This document shows positions 31,426 through 41,907 of a DNA stretch of 64,000 nt, piece after piece. This stretch comes from an uncultured delta proteobacterium. GTDB lineage: Bacteria; Desulfobacterota; Desulfuromonadia; Geobacterales; DSM-12255. Below the pieces are notes generated by a model. That model saw only the letters and a list, made by a program, of their open reading frames with translations. It was not told the DNA's origin and ran no database searches. The position numbers and the translations under genes are program-made. The stretch lies in assembly GCA_963787125.1 (NCBI GenBank), contig CAWBBV010000001.1:480001-544000 (forward strand), written 5' to 3'. Within the stretch, counting starts at the first letter, position 1. Each line of letters begins with the position of its first letter.

Positions 31426-31698
31426 GTTAGTTACCTCCTGGACATGGTTGGTGGAGTGTACGCATGCCGCTAAATATTTGCCGTGATTTAAGTCAAGTCA
31501 GATTAACATCATCTGCACCAGGCTTTACTTCAGCTTGCCAACAGCGGTTCAAAGGCAGTTAACCAGAAGATTATACCTTAAAATAATACAAACACCTGTA
31601 AGAACGGGAAATAACGATATTTTCATTTGACAAACTAACCAGAGACGCTGTAATTTCTCAAATTCAGTTTAAGAGTCACTATGTTTGCAGGAGGAAGT

Positions 31699-33237
31699 AT
31701 GTCGGATACCAGAAAAAGAATTTTATCCTATCTGTTCAACCCCATCAGTATTTTCGGGTTTGTTCTCGCAATTCTGGGGGCTGTTCTCATTATTGCATTC
31801 CTTGCCATCGAGATGTTTACAGGGGTTGAAAATCCGTACCTCGGCATCCTTGTCTACTTTGCATTCCCGGGGCTGCTTATTTTCGGCCTGCTGGTGGTTC
31901 CTCTTGGAGCATGGCTGGTTCGTATCCGCCTTAGAAACAAAGGCATAACCGAAATACAGAAGCTTCCGATCCTCGACCTTAACGATCCCCTCAAGCTGAA
32001 ACTCTCCATCTTTTTTGTAGTCGCAACCATAGTTTTTGCAGTAATAGTTGGCGTTGCCTCACTGAAAGGTTTCGAATTTACCGAATCGACGACCTTCTGC
32101 GGTGAACTCTGCCATGTGGTTATGGCGCCTGAGCATACCGCCTGGAGCAACTCACCTCACGCCAAAGTAAAATGCGTCGAATGCCACGTCGGCCCTGGCG
32201 CCCAGTGGTATGTAAAAGCGAAGATTTCCGGCCTCAGACAGGTATATGGCGTGCTTGCTCATGCCTACCCCACACCGATTGAAACTCCTATCGACAACCT
32301 CCGTCCGGCTCGCGATACGTGCGAGCATTGCCACTGGCCGGAAAAATTCTACGCCGGCAGACAGAAAATATTTTATCACTACGCTCCCAATGAAGAGAAC
32401 ACCCCGCGGGAAATCGATATGCTGATCCATATCGGTGCCGCGCCAAAAGGACCGAACACGAAAGGTATCCACTGGCATATCGGCAAAGATGTAACTTTTG
32501 TGGCAAATGATAGAAAGCGCAATGATATCCCATATGTCGCAGTAAAGGAAAAAGACGGAACTGTAACAGAGTACGTAACTACAGAGAAACCGTTATCAGC
32601 AGATGCGCTTGCCAAAGCCACCAAGCGTCATATGGACTGCACCGACTGCCACAACAGGCCGACACATATCTATCATGCTCCCGGCGAAGAGATGGATATG
32701 AAGTTCGTGACCGGCAAAATTGATCGTTCTTTGCCGTTTGTTAAAAAGGTGGCTGTTGAAATTCTTGAGAAACCATATAAAACGGCGAAAGAGGCTCACG
32801 CCGCAATTACTAACGGCATTCCTGCTTTTTATGCCAAAGAGTATCCAAAGGTTGCCCAGGAGAAAGCTGCCGCAATAACACAGGCGGTGGAGCAGGTTAA
32901 GGATATCTATTCCAGGAACTTCTTTCCTGAAATGAAGGTAAACTGGGCTACTTATCCAAGTAACCTCGGCCACTTCTACACCCCGGGCTGCTTCCGCTGT
33001 CATGATGACAAGCATAAAGGGCCAAATGGCAAAGTAATCTCCAAAGATTGCAAGATCTGCCACACTATCCTGAACCAGGTTCAGGAGAATATTCCGGCCG
33101 GAACAAAGCCTAAAGAGTTCGTCCACCCGGTTGATATCGGCACCGAGCTTAAAACTACAAACTGCAGTGACTGCCACCTTGTCGGCGGAGAAGATGTCAC
33201 TGGTGGTGGAAGCCACAGTGAAAAGAAGAAACATTAA
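31699..33237 (+). CDS. imcH: ImcH-type NapC/NirT-family inner-membrane multiheme cytochrome
   Basis: Three TM helices, FCGELCH plus six CxxCH, HAKVKCVECHVGPG, LRPARDTCEHCHWP. Confidence 0.88.
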   Translation: MSDTRKRILSYLFNPISIFGFVLAILGAVLIIAFLAIEMFTGVENPYLGILVYFAFPGLLIFGLLVVPLGAWLVRIRLRNKGITEIQKLPILDLNDPLKLKLSIFFVVATIVFAVIVGVASLKGFEFTESTTFCGELCHVVMAPEHTAWSNSPHAKVKCVECHVGPGAQWYVKAKISGLRQVYGVLAHAYPTPIETPIDNLRPARDTCEHCHWPEKFYAGRQKIFYHYAPNEENTPREIDMLIHIGAAPKGPNTKGIHWHIGKDVTFVANDRKRNDIPYVAVKEKDGTVTEYVTTEKPLSADALAKATKRHMDCTDCHNRPTHIYHAPGEEMDMKFVTGKIDRSLPFVKKVAVEILEKPYKTAKEAHAAITNGIPAFYAKEYPKVAQEKAAAITQAVEQVKDIYSRNFFPEMKVNWATYPSNLGHFYTPGCFRCHDDKHKGPNGKVISKDCKICHTILNQVQENIPAGTKPKEFVHPVDIGTELKTTNCSDCHLVGGEDVTGGGSHSEKKKH

Positions 33238-33274
33238 CCTGACCCTAAAAAGACAGGCTAACTGCTAACTTACT

Positions 33275-33306
33275 AAAAAGCCCCCGGAAAACCGGGGGCT
33301 TTTTTT
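33275..33306. terminator. Bidirectional intrinsic terminator
   Basis: aaaaagcccccgg-aaaa-ccgggggcttttt. Confidence 0.85.
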
Positions 33307-33330
33307 GTTTCTGGAAATCAACTTCAATGT

Positions 33331-33834
33331 CTACTCTCTTACAAAAGTATCCATCTCCGACTTGTCAACCATTCCCATAATATGCATGTATTCATCTTCG
33401 ATCAATTCGTAATGCCCTTGAGTCTCCTTGATAACACGGTCAAAGATTCCTTTGACGAGAGGGTCTATAATGTCTTTAGCTATAACTGTATAGTGATCGA
33501 CAACAGACTTCTCTTCTTTCATGGCGATTTCAAGGGCCTGCTTCTCTTGTGTTCCTTCGCCAATGACTTTCAATAACGCTTTGTAGGTTGAGTTATTGGT
33601 GTCCGGCGGAGTCTTCATAAAACTTTCGACATCGCCAAACTCCTTGCCTTTGTAGTACTGGAAAAAAGTTTTCAGATGACCGACCTCTTCATTGGCGAGC
33701 AGTTCAAAAACTTTTTTAGCGCGCTCATTCTTGGCAACCGAAGCTGCCTTACGGTAGAAATCCATACTGTCTTTCTCTCCCTGAATAGCCAGTTTAAGCG
33801 CTTCTTCAAGTGAATATTCTTTGCCCATATTCAT
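33331..33834 (-). CDS. Ferritin-like / rubrerythrin-family protein
   Basis: AIQGEKDS..FY, EEVGH, AMKEEK...HY, ETQGH diiron pattern. Confidence 0.85.
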   Translation of the reverse strand: MNMGKEYSLEEALKLAIQGEKDSMDFYRKAASVAKNERAKKVFELLANEEVGHLKTFFQYYKGKEFGDVESFMKTPPDTNNSTYKALLKVIGEGTQEKQALEIAMKEEKSVVDHYTVIAKDIIDPLVKGIFDRVIKETQGHYELIEDEYMHIMGMVDKSEMDTFVRE

Positions 33835-33946
33835 CCCCTCCCTGCTTAATAGATTTGTTTGCTATCAGTGTAACGCAAATTTTAACCAGTTCAAGCAATA
33901 CGGCGATTTTTTAGCAGGGTTAACTGCGAGTAACGATTTTGAAGAG

Positions 33947-34723
33947 TCATGTAATTCTAAAGAGTGTTTTGGCATTTTCCGTAGTAACCGCAGCTACCAA
34001 GTCGACAGATAACCCTTTTATCGCCGCAACCTTGCAGGCGATCTCCGGCAGAAACGCAGGCTGATTTATAGTGCCGCGGTGGGACTGTGGCGAGAGGTCA
34101 GGTGAATCCGTTTCCAGTAAAAGCTCCTGAAGAGAAATTTCCTTGACCACTTTTACCGGTTTAAGGGCGTTACTCCATGTTGCCGGCCCGGCAACGCCGA
34201 TTTTAAGACCCAGGGCAATGAAAGCGCGAGCAGTCTCCACGCTGCCGGAAAAAGCGTGCATGACGCCACCAAACTTCTCGACCCGCTCCTCTGCCAGAAT
34301 TCTGAGCGTGTCTGCAAAGGCGCTGCGACAATGGATGATGACCGGCAGGGCTGCCTCTTTGGCAATCCGCAGTTGTGCCCGGAAGACCTCTTGTTGCAGC
34401 TCAGCGGCGGGCATCCCTGGCGAGTAGTCGAGACCGATCTCGCCGACGGCAACCAGCTCACTGCTAACTCGCCGGAGAATCGCGCCATTTTCATGGTTCC
34501 AGGTGGCGGCATACTGGGGATGCACTCCCAGGGCAGCGAATATCCGCGGATTTTCTGCAGAAAGGGAGATTATCCTCTGCCAGCGCTGCGGCTCTATTCC
34601 GGGGACAATAAACTGCTCAACGCCGTATTCCAGCGCAGCGCTGATAATTGCAGTCCGGCGTTCATAAAGCCGCGGATCATCAAGATGGCAGTGGCTATCA
34701 ATAAGATTAATTGTGCTGTTCAC
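33947..34723 (-). CDS. tatD: TatD-family hydrolase
   Basis: DSHCH, GVHP, GEIGLD, IIHCR, HAFSG, LETDSP; start codon uncertain. Confidence 0.9.
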   Translation of the reverse strand: MNSTINLIDSHCHLDDPRLYERRTAIISAALEYGVEQFIVPGIEPQRWQRIISLSAENPRIFAALGVHPQYAATWNHENGAILRRVSSELVAVGEIGLDYSPGMPAAELQQEVFRAQLRIAKEAALPVIIHCRSAFADTLRILAEERVEKFGGVMHAFSGSVETARAFIALGLKIGVAGPATWSNALKPVKVVKEISLQELLLETDSPDLSPQSHRGTINQPAFLPEIACKVAAIKGLSVDLVAAVTTENAKTLFRIT

Positions 34724-36134
34724 CGGCGAGTCTCCCCAGCGTTTCAATGGCGTGCTCAACCTTGGCGTCCAGATATGCTGCTGACAGGCGGATGTAATTA
34801 CCGAATTTGCCGGAGAGGGAAAAGAGGGGGCCCGGAGTTATGCTGATCCCTTCTGCCAGCGCCTGGTGGTAGAGCGCGAGTGCGTTTGTGTCGGGCGGCA
34901 TTTCGATCCAGAGAATGAAGCCACCTTTTGGCCGGGACATCCCTGTTCCGGGTGGAAAATACCTGGCGACCAGATCGGTCATAATGGAAATGTTGCGGCT
35001 ATAAATTCTGCGAATGGAGCGGAGATGGTGGTCATAACCGCCTGTGGCAAGAAACTCTGCCAGCGCCAGCTGGGTCGGTGAGGCTGTTGCCAGGTTTATC
35101 ATCATCTTGAGGCGTTCCATCTCCCCCTGAAAGCGCCCGCCGATTGTCCAGCCGACCCGGTAGCCGGGGGCAATGGTCTTGGAGAATGACGAACAGTAGA
35201 TGACGAGACCTTTTTTGTCAAAGGCCTTGGCTGCAATCGGTCTTTCGTTGCCAAAGACAAGGTCGCCATAGATATCATCTTCAATCAGCGGAATTTCATG
35301 CTCTGCCAAGAGCTCTACCAACTCTTTTTTCCGCTCGTCCGGCATGAGATTACCAAGAGGGTTACCAAAATTAGGGATTACCAGGCAGGCGCTGATTATA
35401 TTGTGCTCAATTGCGTAGCGGAGCGCTTCGATGCTGATCCCCTCCCTCAAGGTAGAGGGAATTTCCAGCGCCTTGAGGCCCATCTCCGCTACCAGTTGGA
35501 GGAAGTTGAAGTAGAAGGGTGATTCAACGGCAATCGTATCGCCTGCCCGGCAGGTTGCCCGCAAGGCAAGGAGCACTGCCTCGACACAGCCGGAGGTAAT
35601 CAGCACCTGGTCCGGGCGGACGCTGAAGCCGGCCAGAATCGACCGCTTGGCGATCTGGGTGCGCAGCCGCTCACAGCCTGGCGGCATCATATAGCCGATG
35701 CTCTCCTTACCGAAGCGGCGCAACTCGCCGGCCATGATACGGTTGAGTTTTTCAACCGGCAGATGACTTGAGTGAGGGATTGCACCCCCCAGCGGCAGCA
35801 GCTCCCTGTTCATCATATTGCGGATGACCTGCTGACAAATCTCGTTGATGGTAACTTTCGCCGGAGCAATGATGTCTTGTCGCAGGGTGATTTCCTCACG
35901 GATTTCCTGAGCGCGGGCACAGACAAAATAGCCGGATTGGGGCCTTGCCTCGATGAGTCGCTGATCTTCTAGAACGGCGTAGCCCTGCATGATCGTATTG
36001 ATGCTGACTCCGAACTTGCTGCTGAGCTGCCTGATTGAAGGGAGGCGGTCCCCGGCCCGGTAAGTGCCGCCCTCAATAAGGGCCGAGATCTCACTGCCGA
36101 CTTTTTCGTAAAGGAGCTGAGTTTCCGGAGTCAT
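34707..36134 (-). CDS. MocR/GabR-type GntR regulator with PLP aminotransferase domain
   Basis: GDRLPSIRQL wHTH, RPQSGYFV, EDDIYG, SFSKTIAPGYRVGW. Confidence 0.93.
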   Translation of the reverse strand: MTPETQLLYEKVGSEISALIEGGTYRAGDRLPSIRQLSSKFGVSINTIMQGYAVLEDQRLIEARPQSGYFVCARAQEIREEITLRQDIIAPAKVTINEICQQVIRNMMNRELLPLGGAIPHSSHLPVEKLNRIMAGELRRFGKESIGYMMPPGCERLRTQIAKRSILAGFSVRPDQVLITSGCVEAVLLALRATCRAGDTIAVESPFYFNFLQLVAEMGLKALEIPSTLREGISIEALRYAIEHNIISACLVIPNFGNPLGNLMPDERKKELVELLAEHEIPLIEDDIYGDLVFGNERPIAAKAFDKKGLVIYCSSFSKTIAPGYRVGWTIGGRFQGEMERLKMMINLATASPTQLALAEFLATGGYDHHLRSIRRIYSRNISIMTDLVARYFPPGTGMSRPKGGFILWIEMPPDTNALALYHQALAEGISITPGPLFSLSGKFGNYIRLSAAYLDAKVEHAIETLGRLAGEQHN

Positions 36135-36152
36135 TGGTTCACCGTCCGGGCC

Positions 36153-36245
36153 ATGGATACAGATGCCCTGTTTTGGAATGGATACAGTCGCCATTATAGC
36201 AGACTGTTATGGATACAAAACAGATTTTTTGTATCTGTACGGATC
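36153..36245. promoter_or_regulatory. Repeated ATGGATACA boxes, probable MocR operator
   Basis: atggataca at 36153, 36178 and 36209, plus inverted tgtatc at 36230, in the divergent promoter region. Confidence 0.7.
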
Positions 36246-36301
36246 CGGTGCAATCGGATATTTTCAACTGTAGTCAGCTTGAAAGGCAAAAGGGGGGGCA
36301 G

Positions 36302-36568
36302 ATGAACTGTTCACTGCAAAAAGGGGAGATATTCTCACTTGAGGCTGCTTTAGAGAACGAGCTTCGCTGCCTGAAAGGACACCTGTGGATTACGGTCGGG
36401 GACGGGATAGATTATCTGGTGACGGACAGCTGTCCTCTCCGGAGATTGAGCAGTAAAAGGGTGCTGATAGAAGCTCTGGAGGATTCGGAGATTCGGATTC
36501 AAGGCCAGACCGGCAAGTCTTTATCAATCGGGTTTCACAAGGTAGCAGGTTTCATGGCCGGCGTTTAA
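36302..36568 (+). CDS. DUF2917-like small protein
   Basis: LRCLKGHLWITVGDGIDYLV; divergent from the MocR regulator. Confidence 0.75.
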   Translation: MNCSLQKGEIFSLEAALENELRCLKGHLWITVGDGIDYLVTDSCPLRRLSSKRVLIEALEDSEIRIQGQTGKSLSIGFHKVAGFMAGV

Positions 36569-36600
36569 AACGGAATGAAGCAATTCTCCTCATTGACTCC

Positions 36601-37098
36601 TCACAAACAAGATTTTTCCTTCTTTAGCCGCCCCTCTTCCCTGAGCATGTCAAGGGCAAGCAGGGCGACCCCGACACAGATGGCAGAGTCGGCAACATTG
36701 AAAGCCGGCCAGTGGTGAGTTTTCCAATACACATCAAGAAAATCAACGACTTCACCCATTCTCACCCGATCAATCAGGTTGCCGACTGCGCCGGCAAGGA
36801 TCAGCGTGAGAGAGAATGCAGCCAGGCGCTGATCGTCACGCAGCTTGCTGAAAGCGATCATGATGGCGATGACGGCAATCACCGTTGCCAGCAGGAAAAA
36901 CGGTAGCCTCCAGCTTGCCTCCGCCAGGAAGCTGAAGGCAGCTCCCCTGTTGCGGAGGTAGGTGATGCTGAAGAGACCGTTGATCACCGGGATTGACTGA
37001 TACAGCTGCATCGATTTATGGATATAAATCTTGGTCAGCTGGTCGAGTATCAGGATCAGAGGGGTCAGCAGGAGCAGTATCTGGTATTTGGTCTTCAT
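36601..37098 (-). CDS. lspA: Lipoprotein signal peptidase
   Basis: DQLTK, NRGAAF, GAVGNLIDR, VVDF, FNVAD. Confidence 0.97.
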   Translation of the reverse strand: MKTKYQILLLLTPLILILDQLTKIYIHKSMQLYQSIPVINGLFSITYLRNRGAAFSFLAEASWRLPFFLLATVIAVIAIMIAFSKLRDDQRLAAFSLTLILAGAVGNLIDRVRMGEVVDFLDVYWKTHHWPAFNVADSAICVGVALLALDMLREEGRLKKEKSCL

Positions 37099-39869
37099 AT
37101 TACCGCAGCGGTACATTTCGGGCAGATTGCCGGATGGTCTGCAGCAGTCCCCAGCTCTTCACTGTAGCACCAGCAGCGTTCGCACTTCACACCGGGAGCA
37201 GCAGCGACGAAAATCCTCAGTCCGGTGACAGCTTCAGCTGCATAAGCGTCTCCGGCAATTTCCTGCACAAGCTCAACTTTCGAGACAATGAAAATGGCGG
37301 CAAGCTCTTCGGCATACTCGCCAAGAAAACCGAGGAGTTCAGCGTCTGCCGTCATTACCACTCTGGCATCCAGGGAATGACCGATGGTTTTTGCTACCCG
37401 TGCCAGCTCCAACGCCTTGGAAACTTCTGACCGGACCTTCATGATCCGTTCCCAGCGCTCCAGGAGGGTATCGTCCTTCAGTTCAGGTTGTAGCTTGGGG
37501 AAGGCGGCAAAATGAACACTTTTTTCATGCTCACCCGGCAGGTACTGCCAGGCTTCATCGGCTGTGAAGGAGAGCACCGGCGCAATCAGACGCAGCAGCG
37601 TATCGAGGATCCGGTACATGACAGTCTGGGCGCTGCGGCGCTGCAGTGAATCTGCCTTGCTGGTGTAGACGCGGTCTTTGAGGATGTCGAGGTAGAAGGA
37701 GCTCATCTCCACGGTGCAGAAGCCGTTAACCGCGTGATAAAGCACATGGAACTCGTATTCATTGTAGCAGCAGAGCACCTTCTCCTTGAGAATTTCCAGC
37801 TGATGCAGCGCCCAGCGGTCGATCTCGGGCATAGCTGCCGGATCAACCGAGTCCTTCGCCGGATCGAAATCGCTGAGATTACCAAGGATATATTTGCAGG
37901 TATTGCGGATGCGGCGGTACGCTTCGGAAAGGCGGGTCAGAATCTCCTGGGAGATGCGGATATCGTCGCGATAATCCTGAGCAGCCACCCAGAGGCGGAG
38001 GATCTCGGCGCCGTATTTCTTGATGACCTCTTCCGGGGCAACAACGTTGCCGACCGACTTGCTCATCTTCCGACCCGAGCCATCAACGACAAAGCCGTGG
38101 GTGAGGACGTTCTTGTAAGGGGCTTTGCCGCGGGTGCCGACGCTCTCAAGGAGTGACGAGTGGAACCAGCCACGATGCTGGTCGCTCCCCTCCAGGTACA
38201 TGTCAGCCGGTGATCTTAATTTAGGGTTCGGCTCAAGCACCGCCGCGTGGGAGACGCCGGAGTCGAACCAGACGTCGAGAATGTCGTTCTCCTTGTCGAA
38301 TGAGGCTGCGCCGCACTTGGGGCATATCGTCCCCTCTGGCATCAGCTTCTCCGCACTCCAATCGAACCAGATGTCTGAGCTGTGCTCCTTGAAGTGGTTG
38401 GCAACATGATCCATGATGGTGCCATCAGCAATGTACTCGCCGCAGGCAGTGCAGGAAAAAGCGGTGATCGGCACACCCCAGGTGCGCTGCCGCGAAATGC
38501 ACCAGTCAGGGCGGTTCTCGATCATACCGAAGATCCGCTCACGACCCCATTTTGGAATCCATTCAACCTCGTTGATCGCCTCAAGAGATTTATTTCTAAG
38601 ACCATTTGCTTCCATTGAGATGAACCACTGTTCGGTGGCGCGGAAAATGATCGGTTTCTTGCAACGCCAGCAGTGTGGGTAGGAGTGGGAGATATTTGCC
38701 TGTCCCACCAGCGCGCCGACTTCCTGAAGTTTTTCAATGACGTTCGGATTGGCGGCAAAGACAAACTGGCCGGCGAAGAACTCGACGTTGCCCAGATACT
38801 TGCCGTGATTATCCACCGGATTGTAAACCTCGACCCCTTCCTTCAGAGCCAGAACATAGTCGTCATGACCATGGCCGGGAGCGGTATGAACACAGCCGGT
38901 GCCAGCCTCAAGAGTTACATGCTCTCCAAGGAGAATCACAGAATTCCTGTCGTAGAAAGGGTGAGCACAGTTTTTCCGCTCAAGGGCGGTCGCCTTGAAG
39001 GTGGCGATGACGCTCCCGGAAAGTCCGTTCGCCTTCAGGAAGCCATCTTTTAGTCCCTCGGCAACGATCAGAACCCCCTGCTCTGTCTCCAGCGCCACAT
39101 AGTCAAACTCCGGGTGCATGGCTATTGCCAGGTTGGCCGGTATTGTCCAGGGGGTTGTTGTCCAGATGACGACAAAAGCTTCCTTGCCCGCCAGTGCGGG
39201 AATAGCAGCGGAGACATCATCCTTCAATCTGAATTTGACGAAGATCGATGGTGAGGTGTGGTCGGCGTATTCGACTTCCGCCTCGGCCAGAGCGGTGACG
39301 CAGGAAGAACACCAGTGGACCGGCTTTCTGCCGCGATAAAGGCCGCCGTTGTGGGCAAACTTGGCCAGTTCGGCCGCTGTCAGCCCTTCGTACTCGTAAT
39401 TCATGGTCAGGTAAGGGTTGTCCCAGTCGCCGAGGATGCCGAGGCGCTTGAACTCCTCCCGCTGGATATCGATAAATTTCTTCGCATAGCTGCGGCACTC
39501 CTTGCGCATCTCCAGTTTGGACATGTCGCGCTTTTTGCTCCCCAGATTCTTCTCCACCTGCAGCTCTATGGGGAGACCATGACAGTCCCACCCCGGCACA
39601 TAAGGGGCGTGAAAGCCTTCCATCCGCTTCCCTTTGAGGATTACATCCTTGAGAATCTTGTTGAGGGCGTGGCCGATATGGATGTGGCCGTTGGCATAGG
39701 GAGGGCCGTCATGAAGTATATAGAGCGGCTTCCCGGCTCCGTTGGTCTCCAGTTCCTGGTAAAGCCCTTCTGCTTCCCACTTGGCCAGCATTTCCGGCTC
39801 ACGCTGGTTAAGGTTCGCCTTCATCGGGAAGTCGGTAAGCGGCAGGTTCAGGGTATCTTTATATTCCAT
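37095..39869 (-). CDS. ileS: Isoleucine--tRNA ligase
   Basis: DGPPYANG, HIGH, WDCHGLP, KMSKS, C-terminal zinc finger. Confidence 0.98.
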   Translation of the reverse strand: MEYKDTLNLPLTDFPMKANLNQREPEMLAKWEAEGLYQELETNGAGKPLYILHDGPPYANGHIHIGHALNKILKDVILKGKRMEGFHAPYVPGWDCHGLPIELQVEKNLGSKKRDMSKLEMRKECRSYAKKFIDIQREEFKRLGILGDWDNPYLTMNYEYEGLTAAELAKFAHNGGLYRGRKPVHWCSSCVTALAEAEVEYADHTSPSIFVKFRLKDDVSAAIPALAGKEAFVVIWTTTPWTIPANLAIAMHPEFDYVALETEQGVLIVAEGLKDGFLKANGLSGSVIATFKATALERKNCAHPFYDRNSVILLGEHVTLEAGTGCVHTAPGHGHDDYVLALKEGVEVYNPVDNHGKYLGNVEFFAGQFVFAANPNVIEKLQEVGALVGQANISHSYPHCWRCKKPIIFRATEQWFISMEANGLRNKSLEAINEVEWIPKWGRERIFGMIENRPDWCISRQRTWGVPITAFSCTACGEYIADGTIMDHVANHFKEHSSDIWFDWSAEKLMPEGTICPKCGAASFDKENDILDVWFDSGVSHAAVLEPNPKLRSPADMYLEGSDQHRGWFHSSLLESVGTRGKAPYKNVLTHGFVVDGSGRKMSKSVGNVVAPEEVIKKYGAEILRLWVAAQDYRDDIRISQEILTRLSEAYRRIRNTCKYILGNLSDFDPAKDSVDPAAMPEIDRWALHQLEILKEKVLCCYNEYEFHVLYHAVNGFCTVEMSSFYLDILKDRVYTSKADSLQRRSAQTVMYRILDTLLRLIAPVLSFTADEAWQYLPGEHEKSVHFAAFPKLQPELKDDTLLERWERIMKVRSEVSKALELARVAKTIGHSLDARVVMTADAELLGFLGEYAEELAAIFIVSKVELVQEIAGDAYAAEAVTGLRIFVAAAPGVKCERCWCYSEELGTAADHPAICPKCTAAVI

Positions 39870-40006
39870 GGATTTTCCTCCAATAAGTGAATGCTCCAAA
39901 CCTGACAAACTAGCCGGAACCCATTGAAAAGTCAAGGGTAAAGGGTAATTTATTGTGCTGTGCATGCTTCCATGCTATAAGGCGTTGTTGTTTGAAAGGA
40001 CGGGTC

Positions 40007-41827
40007 ATGAGCCAAAAACACGAAGATTCATTCTGGGGCGGGATAGTAAAATCCATGGGGCTGGTGTTCGGCGACATCGGCACCAGCCCGATATATACCC
40101 TGACGGTTATAATCGCCCTGACACCTCAGTCGCAGCAGAGCATCTACGGGATTATCTCCCTGATTGTCTGGACACTGATTACTCTTGTCAGTGTCGAGTA
40201 CGCCTGGCTGGCCATGAGTCTTGGCCGCAAAGGCGAAGGCGGGACGATCGTCCTGAAGGAGATCCTGGTAAAACTCCTGAAACCGGGACGTCAGCTTGCC
40301 TTTGTCGGCTTTCTTTCCTATGTCGGCGTCTGCCTGTTGTTAGGCGACGGCGTCATAACTCCGGCGATCTCGATCCTCTCCGCGGTCGAGGGTCTGGAGT
40401 TGATCCCCGGTCTGGAACACACACCGCAATGGCTGCTGATAGGCATCGCCGCTGTCATCGCCGTAGTCCTCTTTATTTTTCAGTTCAAGGGGACTGACAA
40501 GGTTGCCAAGGCGTTCGGCCCGATAATGGTGATCTGGTTTGTTGCCCTGACGCTCTCCGGCCTGTTTTCCATTGCCGATCATCCCGAAATTCTCAAGTCA
40601 CTAAGTCCTTGGTACGGGATCAAATTTCTGCTGGATAACGGTCTGCCTGGCTTCTTCATCCTCTCGGAAGTCATTCTCTGCGCCACCGGTGGTGAAGCTC
40701 TTTATGCCGACATGGGACATCTCGGCAGAAAACCGATCATCCGGGCGTGGTACTTTGTCTTTGGCGCCCTGGTAATCAACTATCTGGGGCAGGGCGCTTT
40801 CATTGTCACTCATCCAAAAGCGACCAACATCCTTTTCGGGATGGTCAGAAGCGAAGTTGAATTCCTGTATATTCCTTTTTTAATTCTCACCGTCATGGCC
40901 ACGGTTATCGCGTCCCAGGCGCTGATCAGCGGGGTTTTCTCCATTGTCTATCAAGGGATAACAACCAGGATCATGCCGCTGATGAAGGTTGACTACACCT
41001 CCAGCAATCTGAAGTCCCAGATCTATATCGGCTCGGTGAACTGGTTTCTGATGCTTCTGGTCATCTTCATCATGCTTGTGTTTAAAAAATCAGAGAATCT
41101 GGCCGCAGCCTACGGTCTGGCCGTAACCGGCACAATGACCATTACCGGCATCATGATGGTGATGATTTTTGCCCGGACAACCAAAAAATGGAAGGTGCCG
41201 ATTGCAGTCTTTGTGACCCTGCTCGATTTTGCCTTCCTTATCGCCAATCTGAACAAGCTCCCCCATGGCGGTTACTGGTCGATCATCCTGGCGGCAATAC
41301 CTTTTGTGACAATACTTGTCTGGACGTATGGCCAGAAGGCGCTTTACAAGGCTCTCCGCCCTCTTGATCTGGAGACCTTTCTCATCAGCTACGAGCAGAT
41401 ATTCTACAAGAGCAGAAATATTCCCGGAACCGGGCTTTTTTTCACCAAAGAGTGGAGTGTTGTCCCCCCCTACGTTATTCACTGCATTATCAGAAGCAAC
41501 ATCATCTACGAGCGGAATGTCTTTATCTCCATAGTCCGGACGGATGAACCTTTCGGGATTCACACGGCATTGATGAACGGCATAGGCCCGGGGCTGGACT
41601 CTTTCGAGGTCCGGGCAGGCTATATGGAGATGATCGAGATTGAGCGGCTGCTGAAAGAGAACGGCATCAGCGAGAAGGTTATCTTTTACGGCATCGAGGA
41701 TATCTCAACCAATAACCCAATCTGGAAGATGTTCAGCGCCATCAAGAAGCTGACCCCCAACTTCGTCCAGTTCAACAAGCTCCCGGCCAGCAAACTGCAG
41801 GGGGTTGTGACCCGGGTGGAGATGTAG
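40007..41827 (+). CDS. kup: KUP/HAK/KT potassium transporter
   Basis: GLVFGDIGTSPIY, GDGVITPAIS, GEALYADMGH, AAAYGLAV. Confidence 0.95.
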   Translation: MSQKHEDSFWGGIVKSMGLVFGDIGTSPIYTLTVIIALTPQSQQSIYGIISLIVWTLITLVSVEYAWLAMSLGRKGEGGTIVLKEILVKLLKPGRQLAFVGFLSYVGVCLLLGDGVITPAISILSAVEGLELIPGLEHTPQWLLIGIAAVIAVVLFIFQFKGTDKVAKAFGPIMVIWFVALTLSGLFSIADHPEILKSLSPWYGIKFLLDNGLPGFFILSEVILCATGGEALYADMGHLGRKPIIRAWYFVFGALVINYLGQGAFIVTHPKATNILFGMVRSEVEFLYIPFLILTVMATVIASQALISGVFSIVYQGITTRIMPLMKVDYTSSNLKSQIYIGSVNWFLMLLVIFIMLVFKKSENLAAAYGLAVTGTMTITGIMMVMIFARTTKKWKVPIAVFVTLLDFAFLIANLNKLPHGGYWSIILAAIPFVTILVWTYGQKALYKALRPLDLETFLISYEQIFYKSRNIPGTGLFFTKEWSVVPPYVIHCIIRSNIIYERNVFISIVRTDEPFGIHTALMNGIGPGLDSFEVRAGYMEMIEIERLLKENGISEKVIFYGIEDISTNNPIWKMFSAIKKLTPNFVQFNKLPASKLQGVVTRVEM

Positions 41828-41855
41828 GGTTGATTGCTACATATTGGCTGTTTGC

Positions 41856-41892
41856 TGCATGGTAAGTGACTTTTTTGTGGACTTACCATGCA
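41856..41892. promoter_or_regulatory. Inverted repeat, probable AbiEi operator
   Basis: tgcatggtaagt-N13-acttaccatgca immediately upstream of the antitoxin. Confidence 0.65.
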
Positions 41893-41907
41893 TAAAAACA
41901 GTATTGT

